Source of the DNA: Monocercomonoides exilis PA203
Taxonomy: Eukaryota > Protista > Preaxostyla
NCBI GenBank assembly: GCA_001643675.2
Contig: LSRY02000016.1
Location: forward strand, 1,302,001-1,366,000
Length of the DNA: 64,000 nt
Direction of reading: 5' to 3'
The notes beneath the pieces are model-generated. The model had not been told where the DNA came from. It made no database searches and worked only from the letters and a program-made list of their open reading frames with translations. Of the stretch, positions 1 to 12,419 are shown one piece after another; position 1 is the stretch's first letter; each line of letters begins with the position of its first letter. A program made the position numbers and the translations under genes.

Positions 1-2
1 GC

Positions 3-3000
3 ACTGCAGATGGGTGTGGAAGTGAAATATCACTCTTTGGAGGAGGGTTCATGCTTGAAATAGGAAGTGAAAAGTATGTGAAGTTGAATGGAGGCATTGT
101 GAAAAATTGTTATGCCTCAGCCACTCAAGGGAGAGGAGGAGGGATTGGGCTGAAAGTGAAAGACATAAGTTCAGATTTTATGATTTCCTCGGAATTCGAA
201 GGGAACAGGGCAAAGTGGGGAAGTGATATTTTTGTTGATTCGATCAATTTGGAGTCAACAGCAAAAAGTGGAAAAATCACTTCATTGACAGCATCAATTT
301 CCACGATTAACAAAATCCGAGGATTTGACAATGGAAATGAAACTGTTCCAATTCCGCTATGCGTTTATTTGATTTCTTTGCCAGAAGAGATTGTTGCAAG
401 TAATGTTGATGCTTTTGACAATTCTTATTGTGGGTTTACTGAGTTTCCCTGCATGACTTTGAATCATTCACTGACAAGACAAGAAGAGGAAAAGAAGATT
501 GTTATCGATGGGATGACAGAAGTGAACAGTGAGCTGATGTTTGACTCTTTCAAGCACACAATCCGAGGGAAAGATGGAAACAGTGGATGGAAGGTTATTG
601 ATGATTCTGATGGAAGTGAAGGAAGTATGATAACTGTAAGTGCAAATGCGTATATGATGTCACTCATTTTCTCTGTTCCTTCTGCTCTTCCAAATCACGA
701 ATCATTCTTCAGTTCCACCTCACAATCATTTTCGCTTGAAGATTGCTCACTGACATTTCAAGGCTCCCAGTCAGCGTTATCTTATGAATTTTTGTCAATA
801 ACAGCAGGTGAAGTCTCTATTTCATCTTTTGTTGTATTATCATTGATAATTGGGAACTGTCCGTTGATTAATCTTGATGGAAACAATGCTGCTGGAACAT
901 TCACTTCCATGAATATTGAGGATATTAGCTCGACAGGAAATAGTGTTTTGTTTGGGGTGGCGAATGGAGCATCTTTGACGAGTGAAGATTCAACACTTTC
1001 AGTGAAAGCATCTTCACAGGCAGATTTGCCATCAGGATCTATTCGAGTTATTTCAACATATTCTGGGAAGTCAATGAAATTGTCGAACAATACGATGAGT
1101 GGATTCAAGGGGATTGAAGGAAATGGAGGAGCTATTGAATGCACACTTGGGAGGGATTGCTTTCTGGAAATAGTTGGAGGGCTGATATCTGGGTGTGAGA
1201 GCAAAGGAGGAAATGGAGGAGGGTTGTGGGTTGAAATGGGAGAAGGATCGAGATTCGCTGTGGGAAATGTGACGGATGCTTCCCAAGCGAATTCAATGTA
1301 TTCAAATGATGAAAACGACTTATTTCAACTTGTGAGCTGCAAGGCAACGCAAACAGCAGGTGGGGAGCGTGGATATGGGGGAGGGATTTATCTTCATTTG
1401 AATGGTGGAGCGAGTTCATTCATCTTGAAGGATGTTTCATTTCCTGGGTGCGATGCGAGAAAAGGGAAAGAAATCTTCGTTAATGCACATGATCTTTCAG
1501 GTGTGATTGACAGAAACTCGATTGGATTTGATGTTGATTTGAATAACTTTTCAAAACTGAATGGATTTGAGAGATCAACGCTGAATGAGTCATTTGTCAT
1601 TCCGCTGGTTGTGTATTTGTGGAACAACTTTTCTGCATCAGCATTTGTTGGAGAAGAATCATCAAGCCATGATTTTTCGATGTGTGGATATGAAGCGTTT
1701 CCATGCTCCACAATCGCAAATGCTGCATCAGTCCATTTTGAAGGGAAGAAAAAAGATGTTACTGTTCTTGAGCCATTTGTCTTTGAGGAGGAATTGGGAT
1801 TTGATTCGGAAGAATGGAGCATCAAAGCAAAGGAGAATGAAATGAAGTGTGGAGTTGCTGATCTGACAGAAGGAGCACAAAGTGGATTGATGGAGAACAC
1901 AGTCACAACATCTGTAACTGGCATTGTATTTTCGATATCTCAATCGCTGACATATCATGAAAGTGTGTTTTGTTGTCGTTCAGAGAAGCTCACACTGAGC
2001 AAGTGTGGGATGGAAGGAGAGGCCGAAAGTATTTCGGCAGTGCTTGTGAAGGCTGTTGGAGGAGTTGTGGAGGTGATTGAGTTTGGATCAGAAAGTATTG
2101 CCAAATGGGGTTTTTCGTTTTTCATTGTTGAAGGAAATTCCGAAAGTGTGCCTTCGATGAATATGACGAACAGCAATTTTGGAGAAATCTCATTTGTTGA
2201 TGGATGTGTTGTTGAGTGCCACAACGGAAATATCGAAGAGATATCTGGTTGCACATTTTCATTGATTACTCGCTCGAAGGGAAGTGGAGGGTGCATCAGC
2301 ATTACGAACGAGAATGATAATGATGGAAGAGATCACAAAGTGGAAATAAATGACTGCACATTCGAAGGATGTGCTGTTGCTGGAGAGGAAGAAGAGTGTG
2401 GGGAGGAGCACTCTTTTTGAAGCATCTCCAAAAACGAATCTTGTGGCAAATGAATGCACATTTTATGGTTGCACAGCACCATATGAAGGGGAAAGTGTTG
2501 GATATGGAGGAGGAATAATGATGAAGATACTGAGAGAAGAAGAGGTTAATGGATGGTTTGTGATATCCTCACCTGTTTTTTCACCAAACAAGCCAAACAA
2601 TGCGAAATATGGGAAGGATCTGTTCATTTCGTCTTTATCACTTGCCAGCAGCGTCAAGAACGAAACGCTTCCATTCGTGAGAGATAGATTGGAGATGCTG
2701 ACTGAAGACTCTCTGAGAGGATATGACGGAGGAAACAGAGAGTGCGCAATCCCACTGATCTATTTCTGGAAATCTATTGGATCGAGCGTATATGTTGCTG
2801 AGAAAGGAAACAACGTGGTTGTATGTGGATTAGAAGAATATCCGTGCGGATCCGTTGATTATGCGCTCAATAGGGCAAGCAACCTATCTCTTGAAGGGAT
2901 GATAATACAGGGGATTTGCGATGTGAAGAGGGAAATAAGGTTGAGCAGCATGAAAATAGAAGGAACAAATGACGAATCAGACAAAATCAAATTTGTTCAA

Positions 3001-6000
3001 GCGATTGAAGGAAATGCAGATGTTGTTGTTGAATGCAACGGAGTTATTGAATTTGAAAAAGTGGAGATTTCGATTCCATCATCCTTTGACAATCCAGCAA
3101 AATTTTTCATCTGGACAGGTTCAGATTCAATCAAAGCGAGTCTTGTGTGCTGCTCAATCCATGCATATTCTAATGCTGGAAACAATTCATCATTTGTTCT
3201 GATTTTGGCCACAAAAGGAATTGTTCAGATAGAATCGACAAAGATCACAGAGCTGGGATCGATGCACGAGATAATGAGCATATCAGTTGATTGCAAAGTG
3301 TTGATGAAGAATGCAACATTCGAAGATATTTCTTTGAATGGAGGAAGTGTTTTTGCTCTGGCCGAAACGCGGATATCTGGAGGTGGAAGCAATGCAGCCG
3401 ACGAAGGATGGAACACCATATTTGAGCAATGTGCATTCCTGAATGTGAAGCACAGTTCATTGGACAATCCATCGTTGCTTTGTTGCGGTGAGCAAAATGT
3501 GGCAAAATTGAAAATGCATAATTCGACAATCCGTGATTGTGGATCAACAAGCTCGAATGAAGGGGGAGCTGTATTCTTTGGACTCAGCGAAGGCGGATTG
3601 TTGGAAATCAACCACACAAATGTGACAGAATGCTTCTGCTCGAATATTGGAAGAGGAGGAGGGATGTTTTTGAAATCACAAAGTGTCTCGCAGAAGGCAT
3701 TGCCATTTGTGCTATCGAACATCACATTCCGAGGGAATGCTGCACTGAAAGGGAGAGATGTGTTTGTGAAGTGCACTGACCTTGACTCACAGATAACTGA
3801 ATCACAGTTCCTGATAAATTTTGGGGAGCCATTTGTGAAGGAGCTGGCAATATGGGGATGCACAGCAGACAATTATGAGGATGAAGAGGATCTGTTGGGA
3901 AGAGTGTATGTGTTCAGGAGCGAATTCATATTTGTGTCATCGATTGTGGGGAACAGAAGCGACAGCAAGAATTGTGGGGAAATGAAGAGCGCATGCTCAT
4001 CGCTGAATGTTGGAGTGAGCCACATTATCCCGTCTGATTATTCTCAGCTGTTTGTTTGGAATGAAACAACTTTGACTGGCTCGTGCTCTGCTCAAAAGGT
4101 GACGATCAAGTCGATGGAATCGAATAGGAATGCCGAGATAAAAGTGAGTGAGGTTGAGTTGGCAGGGGAGGAAGTTGTGAGAACTTCGGAATCTGTTCGA
4201 TTTGAGAAAGTATCATTTGTTTTTGATGGTATGTGTAACATTGCCTGCTCGTGCTTAATACACCAACTGAATGGATTTCTCTTTTTGGGATCCGTTTCAT
4301 TTCTGGCTGAGAGTGGATCACTTTGGAATTCACAGAACAATTTAGATTTTTCATTGTTAACTGTTGAGGATGGACTGCTCGAGGGAAGCGAGTGCAGCAT
4401 ATGCAGCTTGCAATTAGCAAAATCAGCGTTTCGTGTGTTGACTTCTGAAAGCGTAAAGTTTCAAGATCTCACAATCAGCAATGTTCAATGCCTGAGCTCA
4501 GTGATAGAGTGTGGAATTAGCCAGAGTGTTAGCATTTCCAAATTGAAAGCAGAAAATACAATTCTGCAAAATGGTTGTGCGATTTCTGCGAAAGAGAGCT
4601 CTTCTTTGCTTTTTTCATTGTCGTTATCATCATTTGCGAACATCAGCCGATCATCATCTGGACCAAGCGTTATTTTCACGTCTCATGCAAAGTCTGCCTC
4701 TGAAATGTTCAACTGTTCATTTTGCGAATGCGCATCAGCATCTGCGAAAGGGAGTCAAGTGGCAATGGTCTCTGCCGATGAGATGATGGTCGATCAGTGC
4801 AAGTTTGAAGGGAATCTTGCTGGTGGTTCAGAGGAAATGAATGTTGCTGAAGAGGGAATCTGCGAATGGAACGGCTCTGTTGTTGATTTCTCTGATTGTG
4901 TTGCTGAGATAAGAGATGCAACAGTTTGCGACTCCTCGAAAGGCGGGTTGACAGCGAGTGGCGGTGCTGTGACGATTGAAGCATGCGATTTCAACAACAA
5001 TAATCCATCTATTTTGCACTACCCATCGGTTAGACGGAATATTGTCTGCTCAGATTTTGGGGTTGTAGATGTGATGAGTGTGAAAGGAGGAGATGGGCTG
5101 CTGCCAAACACATCATTATGGATCTTGGATAATGAATGCACGATGAAAGGGATTGCTGGAGAGAGGCCTTCTCCTTTGTTCATCCCCACAATAGAATCAG
5201 CAAAGATAGATAAGAAAGGAGACGAAGTTAGATTGTATGTGAAAGGCACATTGTTGCTTCCTTGCAACGTGGGTTTGAAGTTGAGTCTGAGGAATGGAGA
5301 CGAAGAGCGTGCGGAAAAATATGATTTTGATGAGTATGTGAACGAGAGTGTGATAGCTGCAGATATTTCAAGCTCAACTATTGGAGAAGAAGAAAATGCA
5401 GAAGCATCTGTTGCTCTTCTTTTTGGTAATGAGAAACACAAATGCGAAACGCAACATTTTATTCTGAAAAACAAAAGCGAAGCTCAAAGAAGCGGAAATG
5501 ACAAACTTGCTGAAGGAGAAATGAAAGAAAGATCGTTATGGTCGTTGATTATTATTGTAATATTTGTCGTTTTATTTTTGATTGTTCTGATTGGATTTGT
5601 GATATTTGTCGTTCGATGGAAGAAGGTGAAGAATGAAGCAGAAGATCTGAGAGAGATTGTGAACGATAACATCAGAAAAGATCCGAAGGCATTTGAGATG
5701 GTGACGATGGAGATGTCACCTGAGGAGCAGTGGAGGAGAGCAGAGAATGAGGCAGAGAAGAAGAATGATGAGAGGATGAAGAAGAGAGTGTATGAGAAAA
5801 GCTTGGGTCATTCAGAGTCATCAGAGCATTTGTTGAGTGAGAGTGGATCGACTGAATACATTCTTGGAAAAGACTCAGACAAGATTCCTGAATGGGCATT
5901 GGAGAAAGATGAGGAAGAGGAAATTCGAAAGCGAACACCATCGCCATCTATCTCATCCACTTCAACAACAGACACTTCAGACACAGATTCCACTTTTGTT

Positions 6001-6876
6001 CGAGGAGAGGATCTGTGCCCCACCACCTCATCAATGTCCAATCTGGTGGATGCGATGGCGTGTTCATCCCCTCATGAGAAGCTGATTGTGGATCTGAGGG
6101 ATTCTTTGTTCATGCTGCTTCATGGAAGGAACAAGACAAAGGAGATGGCGATTGGGAGTTTGAAGGAGAGGGAGATGACAGCTGCTCAGATCCTGTTCTG
6201 GGTGGCTAATCTCGCCCTCCACTCCTTTGATGAAATGGAAAATGAGCTTTCCTCTTTGGTCAATCTCAGTCCCCACATTGTGCTGTTCTCGGAGCACATG
6301 GTCATCTGCATTGCCCTCCACTCCGACTGCTCCTCAGACTCTGACACTTCCTCCATCTCTTCAACCTCCACCATGATCACATCTTCCTCTGATGTTTCTG
6401 TGAAGAGCGAGAGATTCACAAAATCACCTCCTCCTTCATCTGCCTTTGAGGATGAGGATGACAACAGAAAAGAGTGTATGAGGTGGAAGGCGCCAGAGCT
6501 GCTGATCAGCAAGAAGATGGGAGCAACAAAGGAGTCGGTTGCCTTTTCGATTGGGATGATGCTGTGGGAGTGTCTGACGCTGAATATTCCGTTTGGGGAG
6601 TATGAGGCAGAGGTTGCTGGACAGAAGATTGTGAATGGAGAACGTCCTGATCTAGAAAGAGTAGGTGGGAGCAAGTGGAAGGAAGCTGTGAAGGCATGTG
6701 TGTCAAGCAGAGCATGCGATCGGCCGACGCTGATGAATGTGAAGAGGGCATGCATTGAACATTTTCCAGCGGATGCAACAGTGATGACAGTGCCTGATGC
6801 AATTGGGGTATGTTTGAGTGGCGGAACAAATGGCAATAGAGAAAGCAAGGATAGGATTGGAGAAGGCTCGATATGA
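3..6876 (+). CDS. Large single-pass membrane protein: Cys-rich GGA[ILV]/FxxN repeat ectodomain, TM helix and kinase C-lobe-like (pseudokinase) tail; 5'-truncated by the window edge and frameshifted near 2400-2418
   Basis: The frame is open from base 3 (TADGCGSEISLFGGGFM). ORFs 51..2420 and 2350..6876 continue the same repeat architecture (GGG[IL]..N.A..G.D[LIV]F; CG....PC). TM segment LWSLIIIVIFVVLFLIVLIGFVIFVV is followed by RWKK. The tail has RWKAPELL and FSIGMMLWECLTLNIPFG (kinase subdomains VIII-IX). No introns seen. Confidence 0.85.
5632..6642 (+). repeat. 1011-bp cassette near-identical to 34321..35331
   Basis: Offset is 28689 at both ends, so no net indel. I count 15 amino-acid differences in 337 codons. 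Confidence 0.95.
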
Positions 6877-7415
6877 TAGATGCCCAAAGAGATGATCAAT
6901 TACTGAAAATGAATAGAGGGAATTCAAGACAAAATAAAGAAACTGATGACTGGCAGCAGAAAAAGGAAGTGCAACAGTTTTGAGCAATATCACCCAAGAT
7001 CATTTTTCGTTTTCATTTCTTTCGTTTAATTTTCATAGCGCTTTGAGGAATATATTCCATTGATGCTGTTTGATGAGCTGTATTTGTCATATTTCTTTGA
7101 GAATGACAATTGCAGCACTCCTTCATCAAATTTTTGTTTGAATTGTTCATTTCAGAATGATAGGTTAAAAAAGAAAAAAGAAAAACCTTGTAATTCATTT
7201 ATTGGCTTTTTATACGCAAGATTTCAATAATTGGGAAAAGCGGCAATTATTTGCCGGGTGTATTTTTGCTTTATGTTGTTCGAAAATTAATGAATTGGAT
7301 GACAAAGAATGAAAGGATTGCCTCAAATTCAGAAATCTTTTGCAAAATTTTTTCAGTATTTGTTTGGAGCCTTTTTGGAAATTAAGAACAAAATATGTCT
7401 TCTTCTACTTCTTCT

Positions 7416-7449
7416 AAAAAAAAAAAAGGGGGGGGGGGGGGGGGGGGGG
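7416..7449. repeat. A12 followed by G22 homopolymer tract
   Basis: Read directly from the sequence in an AT-rich intergenic region. Confidence 0.9.
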
Positions 7450-7607
7450 AATCACTTTCGCATGTTTTCAGCTAAAAAATATGGAAAATAAAAATAATTT
7501 ATTGCATTTGGTACGAAAATTTTAGCTTTTAAAAATTTGTTCCATTCTTCACCTAAAAAAGTTTTTTCGATATTTTATATTTTCTTTATTCTTTTAACAA
7601 GGGAATG

Positions 7608-7790
7608 ATAGACTTATTATGAAAAGGTTGTTGAAAAAGTTTGGAACAAACCGTTTTTTATTCATAAATGAAAGAATTTTGCCCCATTTTTATTTAAATA
7701 AAATGAATTATATTTTTATTAATGGGTATTGTTTTAGGAAATGCCACAAAATATTAATTTCTCTTTCAAAATGAATTATTGATTTTTCAC
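7608..7790. repeat. Degenerate dispersed repeat, inverted copy of about 42970..43155
   Basis: atagacttattatgaaaaggttgttgaaaaagtttggaacaaaccgttttttattcataaatgaaagaattttg aligns with the reverse complement aagactcataatgatatgaagttggaaatatttgttccaaaacatggttttttttcacaaatgaaattatttcg. Similarity continues for about 100 bp more. Confidence 0.55.
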
Positions 7791-9074
7791 AATATTCCTT
7801 CGTATTGCGATCATAAATGTTCATTTCACTCATCAGCAAATATGTTTGTTATAGGAACATCACTGTTTATTTTATATCCCTTTATAATAACAATGTGATG
7901 GAATATTGTGAAATTTTTAAAAATAATGCTAGGTGGTAATTGAAATTTAGTGATCTTTCATTAAAAAAAATACCCATATCAAAAATTAAAACATGAAAAT
8001 GAGTGATTCTTTTTTGATGTTTATTATTTTTGAAAAATAATTATCTTTTCGAATTTGTGTGAAATATTCAAGGAAATAAGCCCCCAAAAAAGAATGAGAA
8101 TTTTTGAAGAAGTGTGAAGAAAATTGAGCTTGTTATTCAATCCAATGAAAAGAACTCCATCAGAAAATATTTTATTGTCTGAACTCAACTATCGCAAAAA
8201 CACATTTTTCTTCAGAGAACTTGAAAAGGGCATTTTTTTTTGAAAAATCGCTTTTGTTAAATTTTGAAAATAAATTGCCCAAATATAAACATATGGGGGT
8301 ATATACGGACTTTCAAGCTTTTATTGCACAAAGCATAAAAAAATTGCTTCGTTTATAACATTAAATAACTTAATCAAATTTTGAAATAGATTTCATTTTC
8401 ATATCCGTAAACATGTGTTATTGAAATCAAAACATGAAGTTTTCCAACATTTCACGAATGCCAAAAAATGGATAAATTTTTATTGTATTTAATGATTAAA
8501 AAAAGTCAATAAAAAGTGCATAATTATTCTATGAAAATGCCTGAAGCTGAATATTTTGCTACATTTGACTATCATTTCAATTGAGTGGGTTGATTGAAAA
8601 CAATTCACAATATTCATTATTTTTGATTATTCCAATGCAGTTGCATTTATTTGCTTGTTAAATATTAAGATATCAATTTGCTTAATGATGAAAAATAAAA
8701 ACCATAATTATTAATTCTGGCGAATAACATAATTTTGGTTTTTCCCTCTTTTTTAAAAAGATGCATTCGAATGAATATGAAGTCAGGCTTGAAAAATAGA
8801 GAGGAGCATTTTTTTTATAAAACAGAATTACATTCGCAAAGTTATTCAACTCAATAAAATATGTTGATTATTGTTAATATTCATTTTTAGAAGTGAAAAA
8901 GTAACTAAATACTTATTTATTAAAGAGAAAAGTCATAATTTATAAAAATATATATACTTAAAATCAATGAGTGAAACAATGAATTAGTTTTTTCCAATAA
9001 ACACAAAAGATCATTAATATATCAAAATAAATGCGGAGTTGCATAAATAAATTAATAAATAAATAAAAAAAGAA

Positions 9075-12000
9075 TTATCTTCCCTGTGCTTCAACTATTG
9101 GTTGTGGAACCATGCAAGGCTTGATGTTCCAGATCTTCTCTGAATAGTCGATGATGGAACGATCAGAAGAAAACTTATCCATTCTGATTGAATTCAAAAT
9201 TGCACGTCTGCCCCATTCATCCTTCTTTGCCCAGTCTTCTTCAATCTTCTTGTGTGTCTTGATGTAATCCTCGAAGTCCATTGACACCAAATAGTGGTCA
9301 CTGTTCCGAATGTTGTCGGTGAATTGGGCGAAATCAGCTGGATTTCCAAATTTCCCTCCATCAATTGCATCAAGCGCAGCAGTAAGTGATGGTGGGAGTG
9401 TATATGATGGAGAATGCCTTCTTGCACGTGCACCTTCAATTTCTTCTGCTTTAAGTCCAAAGATGTATGCCTGGTTCGCTCCAATCTCCTCCACAATTTC
9501 GATGTTGGCTCCGTCCCATGTGCCCACAAGCAGAGCACCGTTCATGCAGAACTTCATGCACGAGGTGCCTGATGCCTCATAGCCTGCAGTGGATATCTGC
9601 TCCGAGATATCAGCAGCAGGGATGATGATTTGGGCAAGCGAAACACAGTAGTTCGGGATGAACACGATCTTCAAAGCATCCATAATAGACTCGTCCTTGT
9701 TCACAACGTTTCCAACGGCGCAGATCAGTTTGATTGTCTTCTTTGCCATGAAATAGCCGGGTGCTGCTTTGCCACCAAAGATGACAACTTTCGGTGGGCG
9801 TTTCAAAAGTTCAGAGCGACTCAGTTTCTTCAGCTCCAAGTACTCATAAATGCACCTCAGGATGTTCAAGCTCTGTCGCTTGTATTCGTGCAGCCTCTTC
9901 ACATGCACATCAAAGATCACATTGTCTAATTCTGCTCCATGCCTCATCAAAACACCTGCAGCAGCCGGGTTGCCTTGTCCGCACTCACGCTCAATTACCT
10001 CAACCAGCTTCTCCTTGGCCATCCTCTTTACGTTCCAGAATTGATCAATAAATGGTTTGTTGATCATTCCCTGACTCTCAATGCGACGCAGCACTTTGTA
10101 TGCCACTGTCCATCTGCTTCCAACTTTGGAGTCATAAAGCTTAGCAAGTGGTGGGTTGGCCTCAAGCAACCAACGACGCTGTGTAACACCATTTGTAACG
10201 TTGAGGAATTTATCCGGGAACACTTCATAAAAGTGCCTGAAGATTGTCGTTTTCAGCAGCTGTGAGTGAAGCTCAGCCACACCATTCACTTTGGAGGAAG
10301 TGACAATGGCAAGATTGGCCATACGAATGCACTTTACTGGATATTCCTCCACAATTGACAGTTCTCCCATGTATGCATCGTATTTCCCTTTGATTGACTC
10401 AAGGAATACGTGGTTGATGAGATAGATGATCTCCAGATGTCTTGGCAGCATCCTTCCGAGAAGATCGACTGGCCACTTCTCCAGTGCTTCTGGCAACACA
10501 GTGTGGTTAGTGTATCCAAAGCAACCTTGTGTGATCTTCCATGCTTCGTCGAATTCCAACATCTTCTCATCCATCAAAATGCGCATAAGCTCCGGAATTG
10601 CAAGAACTGGATGTGTGTCATTGCATTGCATCATGACGGCTTCTGGAAGGTCGGAATATGGTTTTCCTTGTTTCTCAAAGCGGCGGATGATATCATGCAG
10701 CGAAGAACATACAAAGAAGTATTGCTGACGAAGACGCAATTCCTTACCGGCTGTGAACGCGTCGTTTGGATACAGCACTTGAGTGATCGTCTCTGCCTGC
10801 TGCTTCGCTCTCACTGCATCATCGTAGCTTCCTCTGTTGAACGATGATAAGTCAAATTCGTGTGATGGAACAGACTCCCAAAGACGCAAGTTAATTGTGT
10901 TCAATGTTCTGAATCCTGCAATTGGTACATCGTATGCACGTGCAATAACTTCTTCTCCTCCAACCCATCTTTTTCTGATAGGTCCAGATTCAATTTCGTA
11001 GTTTTCTGTCACTTCAACCCACTCAAATTCGTCGTCTTCATCGTTGCTGGCTGAAGAAGGAACTGATGATGGTGATGCACCAAATTGTGCACGAGGAAGT
11101 GGTGCTGATTCAGCTGACATCATCTCAGATGAGAAACTGCTCGGTGAAAGAGCAAAGGAAGAAGAAGAAGAAGCAGATGCTGAGGATGCTGTCTTTCTCC
11201 TTCTTTCCATGCGCTTGCGAGCTTCCACTCGCTTCTCTTTGTACTCTTCAACGTGTCCAAAGAATCTGACTTTGTATTTTACATCGTTTCTCTGGATTTC
11301 CCATGGGCAACCGTTCTCAAGCCAGTAGTCTGGCAATTCAATTTGATCGCCGTCAGGAGAGATCTTTTGTTTGAACATTCCGTACTGATAGCGAAGTCCG
11401 TAACCCCACGCCGGCAGGCGCAATGACGCCATTGAGTCCAAATAGCATGCAGCAAGACGCCCAAGACCTCCATTTCCAAGTCCCATATCTATTTCCTGCT
11501 CAGCAACTTCTTCCATCTTCAATCCGATCTGTGAAAGAACACTTGTGTATTCATTCATCACAGTTAGAGACAACAAGTTTGAACGCAAAAGTCTTCCAAT
11601 CAAATATTCGATGGAAAGATAATAAAGTCTTTTGGGATTCTTTTCGTGAAAGTGACGATTTGTATCATTCCACAATTCTGTTGATAATAAATTGCAAATT
11701 TCAAGAAAAGTATTGTAATTTAAAACTAAAAAAATTAATCACACCAATTAATCGATCACGCACGCTAAGCGCTGTTGCGTGATATGCCACACCCAAATCG
11801 AAAGACCATTTTGTCCTTGCACATCTGAATTCAACATGATCGCAAATAGATTGAAGAATTGATTTGGTATCTTAACAATTCGTGAATGAAAATTCATTTA
11901 TACAACGTTTGGATCATCAAAAAATTTAAAAATCACAAAAAGAAAATTGACAGTTAAACCATTTTGCAAAAATTGTCTTCTCATTGAAAAAAGAAGATTA

Positions 12001-12262
12001 AGCTTTTGCTTTTCCTCTGGGTTATCTCGGTTAGCAATTGTATTTACACGCGGCAACAATCTTGTACCAGAAGATATTCTTGTTAAGAATCCTTGACTTG
12101 GGGAAAAGGATTCAGATGTATCAGTGGCTCTAAATTCTAAAACATACAATAAAACATGCAAGATCGAGAATATATACACAAGAAAATACTTTCATCTTCT
12201 TCAGGAACTCGCTGGCGTTGTCGTTGCGCAATGCTGTCGGCGTAAGAATACGGAGTTGTCAT
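9075..12262 (-). CDS. PYG: Glycogen/starch phosphorylase (GT35), about 992 aa, 4 exons (12262-12190, 12136-11960, 11870-11745, 11677-9075)
   Basis: Motifs: GLGNGGLGRLAACYLDS, GYGLRYQYGMFKQ, NDTHP, YTNHTVLPEALEKW, KRLHEYKRQ, FGGKAAPGY, the PLP site EASGTSCMKF, and FSSDRSI. GT-AG introns restore the N-terminal ATALSVRDRLIELWNDT. Confidence 0.95.
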
Positions 12263-12419
12263 TTCGATCGTTCGATCTCATAATTAATTTGTGATTTTTC
12301 CGAACGAAAAAAAGAATGACATATCGTATTATGTAATGTGTTCAATTTATAGGAACAAATGTCTCGAATGAAAAATATATCTTTGTGGTATAAGATCAAA
12401 AAATTTCTGTCAAATAAAA

